NCBI RefSeq assembly: GCF_000195855.1
Contig: NC_002677.1
Location: 2,610,001-2,642,000, forward strand
Origin: Mycobacterium leprae TN
Lineage (GTDB): Bacteria; Actinomycetota; Actinomycetes; Mycobacteriales; Mycobacteriaceae
Reading direction: 5' to 3'
Length of the DNA: 32,000 nt
In this document: piece by piece, positions 1 to 9,138 of the stretch
Numbering within the stretch: the first letter of the stretch is position 1
How the letters are laid out: every line of letters starts with the position of its first letter
Notes under the pieces: model-generated
Told to the model about the DNA's origin: nothing
What the model saw: only the letters and a program-made list of their open reading frames with translations
Databases searched by the model: none
Translations under genes and position numbers: made by a program

Positions 1-3
1 AAT

Positions 4-816
4 ATGCGTATGCGCAAGGTGCTAACCAGTGTGATCGCAACGGTGGTCACCATGGCTGTGCTCGTTGTCGGTGTCCTCGGCATCGATTACGGAACCAGCA
101 TCTACGCCGAATACCTCCTGTCAGTGAACGTGCGCAACGCAGCAAATCTCGGGTCGGACCCATTTGTCGCCATACTGGCGTTCCCGTTCATCCCGCAGGC
201 GATGCGGGACCACTACACCGAGTTGGAAATCAAGGCCAACGCAGTCGACCACGCCATGGTCGGCAAGGCCTCCCTCGAAGCCACCATGTACTCGATCGAC
301 CTGACCTACGCGTCCTGGCTGATCAAGCCCGATGCGAAGCTCCCAGTAGACAGGCTAGAGAGTCGCATCATCATCGATTCGATGCACCTGGGCCAGTATC
401 TAGGCATCAGCGACCTCATGGTCGAGGCACCACACCGGGAAACCAACAACGCCACCGGCGGTACCACCGAGTCTGGGATCTCCAGCGGCCATGGGCTGGT
501 ACTTAGCGGCACACCGAAATCGGCCAACTTCGACCACCGGGTCAGCGTCTTGGTGGACCTCTCCATCGCCCCTGAAGATCAGGCTACGCTGGTGTTTACC
601 CCTACAGGCATTGCGACCGGACCCGACACCGCCAACCAACCCGTTCCGGATGACAAACGAAACCCCGTACTACGTGCCTTCAGCGCCAGGATGTCCGACC
701 AGCGGCTTCCATTCGGGGTAGCACCGACCAGCGAGGGAGCGCGTGGCTCGGATGTGATCATCGAAGGCATCACACAGGGAGTAACAATCACCCTCGACGG
801 GTTTAAGCAATCATGA
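4..816 (+). CDS. lmeA: LmeA-like DUF2993 exported/membrane protein (Rv0817c-type)
   Basis: 270-aa ORF with an N-terminal hydrophobic segment (SVIATVVTMAVLVVGVLGIDY); organisation and position before thiX match the mycobacterial LmeA family. Stop overlaps the next ATG (ATGA at 813-816). Confidence 0.75.
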   Translation: MRMRKVLTSVIATVVTMAVLVVGVLGIDYGTSIYAEYLLSVNVRNAANLGSDPFVAILAFPFIPQAMRDHYTELEIKANAVDHAMVGKASLEATMYSIDLTYASWLIKPDAKLPVDRLESRIIIDSMHLGQYLGISDLMVEAPHRETNNATGGTTESGISSGHGLVLSGTPKSANFDHRVSVLVDLSIAPEDQATLVFTPTGIATGPDTANQPVPDDKRNPVLRAFSARMSDQRLPFGVAPTSEGARGSDVIIEGITQGVTITLDGFKQS

Positions 817-818
817 TG

Positions 819-911
819 CGTGCCAGCGACGATGCAGAGCAAAGCGATGACGATGACGTGGGGGCACGTCCTCTACAAGTGGGTGGAAACACCGGGAGAG
901 CAACACTCATG
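819..911 (+). repeat. Interspersed mycobacterial repeat (MIRU-like, 'GCGACGATGCAGAGCG' family), copy 1
   Basis: GCGTGCCAGCGACGATGCAGAGCAAAGCGATGACG...GTGGG..GGGAGAGCAACACTCATG is similar to the sequences at 3364-3459 and 7801-7872. Confidence 0.7.
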
Positions 912-1331
912 ATGACCGCGATTGTAGCGACAATAACGGTGGGCATGCTGACAGCCTTTACCGGACGGTGGCTGACTCGACACTCAGGAAACGTTCACGA
1001 AATTTGTTCCGGGCCGGGCCAAGGCACTGGCACAGACACCGCTGACCTCGGCTTGTCGCGTACTGGGCCAACCATCGTACATTTCAGCGCGCCGTGGTGC
1101 GGACCGTGCGACCGGGTCCGTCGCGTGGTTTATCAAGTCTGCAAAGACCTGCCCGACGTAGCCCATATCGAGATCGATTTGGACACTAACCCTGCGGCTG
1201 TGCGCCGATTTTCGGTGCTTTCGCTGCCCACCACATTGATTTTCGATACCGACGGACAGCAACGATACCGGACGTCGGGAGTCCCCAAGGCCTTTGATCT
1301 GCTATCCACACTCGAACCATTGTTGGCTTAA
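909..1331 (+). CDS. thiX: Thioredoxin-like protein (ThiX/Rv0816c-type)
   Basis: Thioredoxin fold with WCGPCDRV active site; N-terminal membrane segment. The ORF is open from 813, but the first 32 codons lie in the interspersed repeat, so ATG 909 (140 aa) is the likelier start. Confidence 0.8.
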   Translation: MMTAIVATITVGMLTAFTGRWLTRHSGNVHEICSGPGQGTGTDTADLGLSRTGPTIVHFSAPWCGPCDRVRRVVYQVCKDLPDVAHIEIDLDTNPAAVRRFSVLSLPTTLIFDTDGQQRYRTSGVPKAFDLLSTLEPLLA

Positions 1332-1347
1332 TTAGCGTGTCATTGGG

Positions 1348-1353
1348 TAAGCT
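1348..1353 (+). promoter_or_regulatory. Putative -10 element (TAAGCT) of a leaderless promoter; inferred TSS at 1361
   Basis: TANNNT hexamer ending 7 nt before GTG 1361, as in mycobacterial leaderless transcripts. Confidence 0.5.
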
Positions 1354-1360
1354 GGCTAAC

Positions 1361-1444
1361 GTGTCAACCTGCCTCGAGCCCAGGCTCACCAAGCGTTGCG
1401 CAGTCCATCTGTGCCAAATCACGGGTTGTTCCTGTAGCTGCTGA
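1361..1444 (+). CDS. Cysteine-rich leader small ORF (candidate cysteine attenuator), VSTCLEPRLTKRCAVHLCQITGCSCSC
   Basis: GTG start, 27 codons plus TGA, 6 Cys including GCSCSC at the C-terminus. It sits about 100 nt upstream of the DUF4395-cysA-sseC operon with a properly spaced -10. Not in the supplied ORF track (too short). Confidence 0.65.
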   Translation: MSTCLEPRLTKRCAVHLCQITGCSCSC

Positions 1445-1543
1445 AGTAGCCAAGCTCTTTCGCGCCGCACTCGGAGCCTACCGTGGCCTGTCTCCCACTT
1501 TGTCCGTGCAACACGTGCAACAGGAGTACCTAGGAGTAGAACA

Positions 1544-2029
1544 GTGACGATCAATAACACCACCACCGGAGTAGAGGTCGTCGATGTTCGCGGACCACGA
1601 TTTGCTGCATGGGTTACGGCCGCAGTTCTGCAGACCGTCCTGATCATTTCGGTGGTCAGTCCGCTGGCGGCCGCGTTACTGTTGGTCCTGCAGGCCGTAG
1701 TTTTTGCCACGGGCACTCTCGGCGGCCCGCGCCGGCACCCATACGGACGGGTGTTCGCCGCCCTCGTGGCGCCTCGGCTGGGTCCGGTGAAAGAGCGCGA
1801 ACCGGTGCCACCGTTAAAGTTCGCCCAACTGCTCGGCTTCGTCTTCGTGGTTTGCGGTGTTACCGGATTCGCCGCCGGCGCTTTCTTGGTGGGAGTCATC
1901 GCTACGGCAGCTGCATTAGTGGCCGCTTTCCTCAACGCAGCGTTCGGCATCTGTCTGGGCTGTCAGCTCTACCCGGTTGTGGTGTGGTTTCGACGCACTG
2001 CCGCTCCACGTAACCGTAACCCTGGTTGA
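1544..2029 (+). CDS. DUF4395 family membrane protein
   Basis: 161 aa, GTG start after AGGAG; multiple TM segments and a GICLGCQLY (CxxC) motif; adjacent to cysA. Confidence 0.75.
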   Translation: MTINNTTTGVEVVDVRGPRFAAWVTAAVLQTVLIISVVSPLAAALLLVLQAVVFATGTLGGPRRHPYGRVFAALVAPRLGPVKEREPVPPLKFAQLLGFVFVVCGVTGFAAGAFLVGVIATAAALVAAFLNAAFGICLGCQLYPVVVWFRRTAAPRNRNPG

Positions 2030-2060
2030 CCACCCCAAGGTAAGTGAAAGGACTCTAACC

Positions 2061-2894
2061 ATGGCACGCTCTGATGTCCTGGTCTCTGCCGACTGGGCCG
2101 AGAGCAACCTCGACAGCGCGAACATCGTCTTCGTCGAAGTGGACGAGGACACAAGCACCTACGACGGCGATCACATCGCCGGCGCCATCAAGTTGGATTG
2201 GCGTGCGGATTTGCAAGACCCGATCAAGCGCGACTTCATCGACACCCAGCAATTCTCCAAATTGTTGGGTGACCGAGGCATTTCCAATGACAACACCGTG
2301 ATTCTGTACGGCGGCAACAACAACTGGTTCGCAGCCTATGCGTATTGGTATTTCAAGCTGTACAGGCATGACAAAGTCAAATTGCTTGACGGTGGCCGCA
2401 AGAAGTGGGAGCTCGACGGTCGCCCGCTGTCCACCGACACCGTCACCAGGCCGGCGACCTCCTACGCTGCTGCAGCACCGGACAACACTATCCGGGCCTT
2501 TCGGGACGAGGTCATAGCATCCATCAAGATCAAAAATCTCGTCGACGTACGTTCCCCCGACGAATTCTCCGGAAAGCTCCTGGCACCTGCGCACCTACCT
2601 CAGGAGCAGAGCCAGCGACCCGGCCACATCCCCAGTGCGATAAACATACCTTGGAGCAAGGCGGCCAATGAGGACGGCACCTTCAAATCCGACGAGCAGT
2701 TAGCCAAGCTGTATGCCGACGCCGGCCTGGATAGGTTGAAAGAGACAATCGTCTACTGCCGAATCGGTGAACGATCATCACACACCTGGTTCGTGCTGCG
2801 CGAGTTACTCGGATATCAAAACGTCAAGAACTACGACGGCAGTTGGACAGAATACGGCTCCCTGGTGGGTGTCCCAATCGAATTGGGAAGCTGA
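2061..2894 (+). CDS. cysA: Thiosulfate sulfurtransferase (rhodanese)
   Basis: Two rhodanese domains: DHIAGAIKLDW ... VDVRSPDEFSGK ... IVYCRIGERSSHTWFVLRELLGY. ORF is open from 1977, but MARSDVLVSADW at 2061 is the family start. Confidence 0.93.
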   Translation: MARSDVLVSADWAESNLDSANIVFVEVDEDTSTYDGDHIAGAIKLDWRADLQDPIKRDFIDTQQFSKLLGDRGISNDNTVILYGGNNNWFAAYAYWYFKLYRHDKVKLLDGGRKKWELDGRPLSTDTVTRPATSYAAAAPDNTIRAFRDEVIASIKIKNLVDVRSPDEFSGKLLAPAHLPQEQSQRPGHIPSAINIPWSKAANEDGTFKSDEQLAKLYADAGLDRLKETIVYCRIGERSSHTWFVLRELLGYQNVKNYDGSWTEYGSLVGVPIELGS

Positions 2895-2895
2895 C

Positions 2896-3198
2896 ATGTG
2901 CTCTGAGCCTAAACAAAGACTGGCGTTGCCCGCCAACGTGAACCTCGAGAAAGAAACGGTGATCACCGGTCGCGTGGTCGATCGCAAAGGGCAAGCCGTG
3001 GGTGGGGCGTTCGTCCGCCTGCTGGATTCGTCCAACGAGTTCACGGCCGAAGTGGTCACCTCGGCCACCGGTGACTTCCGGTTTTTCGCCGCGCCGGGGT
3101 CCTGGACACTGCGCGCGCTGTCTTCAGTAGGTAATGGCGACGCCATGATGTCACCTTCGGGAACAGGCATCCACAAGGTCGACGTCAAGATCACCTGA
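2896..3198 (+). CDS. sseC: SseC-like DUF1416 protein
   Basis: MCSEPKQRLALPANVNLEKETVITGRVVDRKGQAVGGAFVRLLDSSNEFTAEV...; starts immediately after the cysA stop. Confidence 0.88.
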   Translation: MCSEPKQRLALPANVNLEKETVITGRVVDRKGQAVGGAFVRLLDSSNEFTAEVVTSATGDFRFFAAPGSWTLRALSSVGNGDAMMSPSGTGIHKVDVKIT

Positions 3199-3260
3199 CC
3201 AGCCCAACAGACCTGCCCCGGAAACCACCATCGACCAATAAGACGAATAGAATCGTCCCC

Positions 3261-3359
3261 GTGGTACTCTTTTTCGAGATCATGCTGGTTGTGGCAGTGG
3301 TGGTCATCTCATGGTTCACGCTTTATACGCTGTACCGGCTCGTCACTGACGAGTCGTGA
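3261..3359 (+). CDS. Putative 32-aa single-pass membrane microprotein
   Basis: GTG...TGA: VVLFFEIMLVVAVVVISWFTLYTLYRLVTDES*; one hydrophobic helix followed by a polar tail. It occupies the gap between sseC and the next repeat. Confidence 0.5.
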   Translation: MVLFFEIMLVVAVVVISWFTLYTLYRLVTDES

Positions 3360-3363
3360 CCCG

Positions 3364-3459
3364 CGCCGGCGACGATGTAGAACGCAGCGATAAGGTGGTG
3401 GTCGGCCCCCACAAGTGGGAGGTACCTCCACCCGCTTGCGAGGGAGAGCGGTGCACGTG
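3364..3459 (+). repeat. Interspersed mycobacterial repeat (MIRU-like), copy 2
   Basis: CGCCGGCGACGATGTAGAACGCAGCGATAAGGTGGTGG...GTACCTCCACCCGCTTGCGAGGGAGAGCGGTGCACGTG; ends at a GTG start codon. Confidence 0.75.
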
Positions 3460-4143
3460 ACCTCCGACGAGGTCCGTGACGGAGCGGGCAGTCCGGCGGA
3501 CTCCAGCAAGGGCAACAAGTGTACGGCCGCTGGGATGTTTCAAGCGGCCAAGCGATCTACGGTGAGCGCAGCCCGCAACATCCCGGCTTTCGACGACTTG
3601 CCAGTTCCCTCCGACACCGCGAATCTACGCGAAGGCGCTAACCTCAATAGCACTTTGCTGGCACTGCTACCGCTGGTCGGTGTGTGGCGCGGTGAAGGGG
3701 AGGGTCGTGGACCTAATGGCGACTACCACTTCGGCCAGCAGATCGTGGTCTCGCACGACGGTGGTAACTACCTGAATTGGGAAGCCAGGTCCTGGCGGCT
3801 CAACGACGCTGGCGAATACCAGGAAACTAGCTTACGTGAGACGGGTTTCTGGCGTTTTGTCAGCGATCCATATGATCCTACCGAATCTCAGGCGATCGAA
3901 TTGCTGTTAGCCCATTCGGCTGGTTACGTAGAATTGTTTTACGGGCGGCCACGCAACGCATCATCGTGGGAATTGGTCACTGATGCCCTAGCATGCAGCA
4001 AATCCGGCGTGCTCGTCGGCGGCGCCAAACGGCTTTACGGTATCGTCGAAGGTGGCGACCTCGCCTATGTCGAAGAACGAGTGGATGCCGACGGCGGATT
4101 GGTGCCAAATTTATCGGCGAGACTGTACCGATTCGCCGGATAG
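3457..4143 (+). CDS. FABP/nitrobindin-like beta-barrel protein (Rv0813c-type)
   Basis: [47 protein letters not shown] ... RETGFWRF ... [20 protein letters not shown]; start at GTG 3457 at the end of the repeat. Confidence 0.85.
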   Translation: MTSDEVRDGAGSPADSSKGNKCTAAGMFQAAKRSTVSAARNIPAFDDLPVPSDTANLREGANLNSTLLALLPLVGVWRGEGEGRGPNGDYHFGQQIVVSHDGGNYLNWEARSWRLNDAGEYQETSLRETGFWRFVSDPYDPTESQAIELLLAHSAGYVELFYGRPRNASSWELVTDALACSKSGVLVGGAKRLYGIVEGGDLAYVEERVDADGGLVPNLSARLYRFAG

Positions 4144-5406
4144 CGGCCTGGCCAGCTAGGAAGAAGACACCTTCACACGATAACGCTGTGTGTACTGTTC
4201 GACGTCTGAGCAGCCGATAGTCTAGGAAAAGGGGTCGGCCGAATGCTTCACACGAGGACAACTTTCTATCATGGGCCTTTGCCCCCTACTCCGCAATGAG
4301 CGGAGCACGCATTGAACACGAGGACTGGGGTCGCTACTACCGGCACAACAGCTGAAAGTATGGTCCTATCCGCTACAATGCCCCCGAATCCATGACAAGC
4401 TGGTGACTGGATCTTGGTCGGAAAGTTAAGCCGGATCTTGTCGAGGCCGCAGTACACAGTTTGGCAGCTAGCCTGTGGAGCCTGCGCCAACTCAGCTTTC
4501 GGCCACGTTCACTGTGGCAATCCTTCACTCGAGTCGGGACGCTAACCGAATAGCGGCGACAGACACCCCGTGGACCTGGCGATCAAACTCCGTACACACG
4601 ATGCGGACCGACGCCGGAGACTGTACGGTTCAGGACGACGGCAAGATATGGTCAGTGCGCGACGACCTCTTCCGCGACACCTAACTACAAAGTAGGCCAG
4701 CGACAGCCAGTGGTGCCGGAACGAACCCAGTGCAGGCCGGGGAGACCGTCAGGCCACTTACCGCAGCGGACAGAGACTGAGTGGCACGGGGTCCACAACA
4801 ACGAACAATGGTCCGTTCCCAGCGACGAGTGCGCACGTCGCTACGTCGAATTCCTGCCACACGCTAAACCACATTGAGAGGTAATGGATCCAACTCTGTG
4901 ATTAGCTGATGACCTGCTCGCGGAATCGGGCATGGCAATTGCCGAAGCCATTTACTGCGCGGAGTACCATGCCCAGCATCAAATCACGTATTCGCCGTGC
5001 TTGCTGCGCCTTGTTTAGGAGAGTGTTATGGCGCTGTTTATCAGCTACTCGAATTCACGACAGGTCAACAGTGGAGGACCGCACACCACTACTTCGGCGG
5101 AGCCAACAACAGGCTTGGTGCGACCACGAGCTCACCGGTGACGACGTCTTATTCTGATGGAGTATACTCCGCGCGCAGATCCTAATCCAACGACGTGTTC
5201 ATCGTCGCGCTGTCAAGTAATTGGCTACAATACAAGCCCAGTCAGACTGGCTACAATCTACACAAGCTTTGAAGCGGCCACTCTCCCTTCCCGTTCGGAT
5301 TGGTTCGGTTGACAACATGCGCGTGAATCCCCTTACCACGTTGCAGATCATCAACTACGCCAACCCCACCGTTGACGCCGGCATTCAAGATTCAACAAGA
5401 TTCAAT

Positions 5407-6500
5407 TAGTGACCGCGGTGCACGCGCTACGTGCCACCCCCGTGCCGTTACCGGACCAGCTGTCCGACGAGCCGCCGGTGCCTTTTGCTACAAAAACGCG
5501 GTTGGGTAACACTCTGGCGGAAAAAGGACTCAACCCTCAGCAACAGATTTAACTGCTGGTCGAACTCACGATCGGACTTGTCGAGGACGGCTATGACCCC
5601 AGCGTTCGAAGCGATATCGGCCAACTCCTGCGCATACTGCGGTTTCGACACGACGTGACCTATCGCACCCGAACCAAGATCGACCACGTGTTGGCGTCCA
5701 TCGAGTCAGCCGAACTGTCCGATGCCAAGGGACAACCACAGGCCACTCAGACTTCCGACAACAAGCCCACGAGCCCTACGCAGCTTGGCGGGAGCACCCC
5801 GGGTGTTAGCCGACCCGGTGCATCGGCCTCCTCACGTACCGACTGCCAGTGGCAACTGGTACCGCGTCCAACAAGCGGTTGATGACTATCGGCGTCGCGA
5901 GCCTAGCCGCCATCGTTGCAATCATGGTGGTGGTTGTGCTCGTTCACCCAAGCATCGCCCCAAGAGGCCGTCGACGTTCGGTCAGCACATACTACAACAG
6001 CGCCGGCTCCTGGCCGCCTGGAATCGTTTCTTATTCCAACAGACGTCGTCGCCGTTACACAAGCATCGCATCGATGGAAATCATGAACCAGACCCAGTAG
6101 CTGGGCGCAACCGCCGGAACCTTGTCAAACCTGGAGTGCCTCGACGCGTTCGAACCTACCATCTAAGCACGTGTCTATGCTAGCAGCAACAACAAGGCAG
6201 TACGCAGCCAGCAGTTGCACGCTGCGGGACAACACCCTACGGGTCTACGAGGCCGCGGCTTGCTCCGGCCAAACCCCGATGCCGGCCACCGAACAAGGCA
6301 AAGGACTTTCACTGGACGTTCAGTGACCTCACTAGAGACGCCCCTCACAATTACTCAGGTCCACATGCCCGGCAGTCCCACTCGGCCCTCCTGCCAACGC
6401 GTGCTTAATGCGGTGTTCGATGTCGAGACCTGCGCTGTGAATGTTACCAACCAATACAGTCAGACAGCTCAAAAGATGGCCATCAACGTCAAACAATAGC
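5407..6500 (+). pseudogene. Decayed coding tract of unidentified function with one TM-like segment
   Basis: Frame-shifted coding-like stretches: VTAVHALRATPVPLPDQLSDEPPVPFATKTRLGNTLAEKGLNPQQQI*, then RFRHDVTYRTRTKIDHVLASIESAELS, KRLMTIGVASLAAIVAIMVVVVLVHPSIAP and NAVFDVETCAVNVTNQYSQTAQKMAINVKQ*. No family recognised. Confidence 0.35.
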
Positions 6501-6764
6501 GCATCTCTCGCCTTACGAATCCATGAAATAAATAGAGCGGTCTCTTAGCGTAACTACTGGTTGGACAAGACCGGAAGCTCGGGGGCGACTGACTGCGGGG
6601 CATTCGCCAGCGCGCCGATGCCAGCTCTTCGCAAGCTAATGCAGCCAGCGCATATATCCATGAAGCTATCAATTTCGCGGGCTACCTAACTTCCTAGCTT
6701 ACGGCCGACCGTACCCGCACACCGGGGTTCTACTCACAAGAGAATTTGACCGCCTAAGCGGTGG

Positions 6765-7640
6765 CTAGACGATAGCGCTGTCGATCAGTTCGACGAATGC
6801 TGCAGCCATCGGTGAGCACGGCAGTCGTCGGCCGTCAAGTGTGTATCCTCAGGCAATCAAGGTCATGCTTGATATCAACCAGATCCCCGTGATTCATGGA
6901 GGTCGGCGATCTGTAACGTTCGATAGTCACAGTCGTACCACTCGGCGCGGACCAGCTCGAAGAGGAGCTGTTTGAGTAGTACGCCGGACGATGGGATACC
7001 ACCCCGGCTTCAGCAGGCAAAAATTACCGTCCGTCCTGCCTGCAACACTCGTGGCTAGCACCACCGTCGAGTGCGGCCTTTCAGGACGTAGTCCATTCGA
7101 GCTGACGAAAATAACGTCACCAGCATACCGTCGAGCGACGTGCGCGCAGAGCAGCCATATTCTGCTGCGTACGACAGTGTTTAGCACTGACCAGCAACCA
7201 AAGCGTTGCGGCGGCGCCAGTGGCGGGCAACCCACGATCCAATGTGACCGCCACCCCCCGGCGCGCCGCAACGCCTCCACCCGCGACCAAACAGAGGGTT
7301 AACCACTACGTAGGTCGTCAGCGCAGAGCCGATCTCCTGGCTGCGTGGCTGTAGATCAATCACAGCGCACCTTCATAAATAAAATAATACAAAATAATAC
7401 AATAGTCACAATCCATCGTTGCGCGGCCACGTCGATCGCATGCCGCCAGTGCGGCAAGTCCAGCTCGGGTAGGTCCATCAAGTGAGCCGCTACAGATGCG
7501 GCTCGACCAGACAAGCCAGGCCGTCGCGGAACATACAGCGTCTCAAAGACGCCCGTAACCGCACACTACGGCGAGTTCGTCGGCGTGCAACAGCAACGTT
7601 CCCGGCGTATGGATCTCGCCGTCCAACGCGACTATCACAC
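6765..7640 (-). pseudogene. Aminodeoxychorismate lyase / PLP aminotransferase class IV (Rv0812-type) pseudogene
   Basis: Frame-shifted relics in order on the minus strand: VIVALDGEIHTPGTLLLHADELAVVCG, VFETL, LIYS, AVTLDRGLPA, AGDVIFVSSNG...RPHSTVVLAT, GWYPIVRRTTQ, LDGRRLPCSPMAAAFVELIDSAIV*. Confidence 0.85.
7381..7400. repeat. Short AT-rich tandem repeat (AAAATAATAC)x2
   Basis: Perfect duplication of a 10-mer in an AT-rich patch within the Rv0812-like pseudogene. Confidence 0.8.
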
Positions 7641-7800
7641 CCGACGTGAAACAAAAATAACATTAATAAAATGAAATAATTAATTTTGGAGTCTAAATGG
7701 CCCGCACCGCGCACGTGCGGCGAACTGCAAGTGCGTCAACCACAACGGGTAGCTAGCCTTCACGCTCGTCGGCCAGCCTGTACATTTGAAGCGTGAACCG

Positions 7801-7872
7801 CGCCGACGACGATGCAAAGCGAAGCGATGAGGTGGGGGTACTTCCCGCTTGCGGGGGAGAGCGACGCACGTG
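7801..7872 (+). repeat. Interspersed mycobacterial repeat (MIRU-like), copy 3
   Basis: CGCCGACGACGATGCAAAGCGAAGCGATGAGGTGGGGGTACTTCCCGCTTGCGGGGGAGAGCGACGCACGTG; ends at a GTG start codon. Confidence 0.8.
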
Positions 7873-8970
7873 AACGCAGTCCTCGCACCCGATCCCGGAC
7901 CCGACGCGGGCGCTATCTGGCACTTCGGCGATCCGCTGGGCGAACAACGGTCGGCTGAAACCGATGCTGTGCTAGTGGACCGCTCACACCGAGCGACGCT
8001 CACGTTGATAGGCAGTGACCGGCAAACCTGGCTGCATAGCATATCCACCCAGCATGTAAGTGCACTCCCCGATGGTGCTAGCACGCAGAATCTCAGCCTT
8101 GACAGTCAAGGCCGGGTTGAGGACCACTGGATACAGACTGAACTGGGGGGTACCACTTATCTCGATACCGAACCCTGGCGGGGTGAGCCGCTGCTGGAGT
8201 ACCTGCGCAAGATGGTGTTCTGGTCCGAGGTAACCCCGGGCAGCGCCGACATGGCCATGCTGTCACTTCTGGGTCCACGACTGACTGAGCAAGCGGTGCA
8301 CAATGCGCTTTATCTGGATGCGCTGCCCGACGAGTCGACGGCGGTTCCGCTGACCGCTGGGAGCTTCGTGCGCCGGATACCCGGCGCCCCTGCAGGCCAG
8401 ATCGAACTGGACCTACTGGTACCGCGTCGTGAGTCGGCCGACTGGCAGAGCCGTTTGGCGGGGGTGGGCGTCCGGTCCGCCGGGATGTGGGCCTATGAAG
8501 CCCACCGCGTAGCAGCGCTCCGCCCACGGCTCGGCGTCGACACCGATCAGCGTACCATACCGCACGAAGTGGGTTGGATCGGTGGTCCCGGCGAAGGTGC
8601 CGTGCATCTGGACAAAGGCTGCTATCGCGGCCAAGAGACCGTCGCACGGGTGCAAAACTTGGGCAAACCGCCTCGGATGCTGGTGTTGTTACATCTCGAC
8701 GGCTCGGTGGAACGGACCTCGACGGGCGATGCGGTGCTGGCCAACAGTGGCGCCGTCGGACGACTCGGAACCGTAGTCGAGCACGTGGACCTCGGACCGG
8801 TGGCGCTGGCGCTGCTGAAACGTGGGCTGCCGACCGACACCGAACTGACTATCGAACTGGAAGGCCCGCAAGACGGGTCAGTCGCAGCGGTGATCGATCC
8901 CGACTCATTGCCAGCAGCCGACGAGATTGGCGTGGGACGGCTGGCCATCGAGCGGTTACGCGGACGATGA
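7870..8970 (+). CDS. YgfZ/GcvT-like folate-binding protein (Rv0811c-type)
   Basis: LTLIGSDRQTWLHSISTQHV ... KGCYRGQETVARVQNLGKPPRMLVLLHLDG (K-G-C-Y-x-G-Q-E motif typical of YgfZ). Confidence 0.88.
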   Translation: MNAVLAPDPGPDAGAIWHFGDPLGEQRSAETDAVLVDRSHRATLTLIGSDRQTWLHSISTQHVSALPDGASTQNLSLDSQGRVEDHWIQTELGGTTYLDTEPWRGEPLLEYLRKMVFWSEVTPGSADMAMLSLLGPRLTEQAVHNALYLDALPDESTAVPLTAGSFVRRIPGAPAGQIELDLLVPRRESADWQSRLAGVGVRSAGMWAYEAHRVAALRPRLGVDTDQRTIPHEVGWIGGPGEGAVHLDKGCYRGQETVARVQNLGKPPRMLVLLHLDGSVERTSTGDAVLANSGAVGRLGTVVEHVDLGPVALALLKRGLPTDTELTIELEGPQDGSVAAVIDPDSLPAADEIGVGRLAIERLRGR

Positions 8971-9138
8971 GTTCAAGACTACACTTGGAGTCGTCCGCCA
9001 CAACGCGGGGAGGGGACGGCAACGCCCTGCCGCAAGGCACGGTAAACTGTCGGCAGGACAATAATAACGACACCAAGTGATCGGAGCCGTCTACTTGCTA
9101 GACCGTTCCGTTATTTCGCGACGCGAGGGGGTTCCCCC

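Noticed and set aside
1186-1950. 254-aa minus-strand ORF opposite thiX, the leader and DUF4395
   Set aside because: Low-complexity Ala/Thr-rich shadow ORF antisense to three better-supported features.
7680-8084. Minus-strand ORF ending in CVALPRKREVPPPHRFALHRRRRGSR...
   Set aside because: Its translation similarity to the 3309-3518 ORF arises because both are reverse reads of the interspersed repeat, not a protein family.
8582-8948. Minus-strand ORFs (8413-9076) over the YgfZ gene
   Set aside because: Antisense shadows of a GC-rich coding gene; no recognisable motifs.
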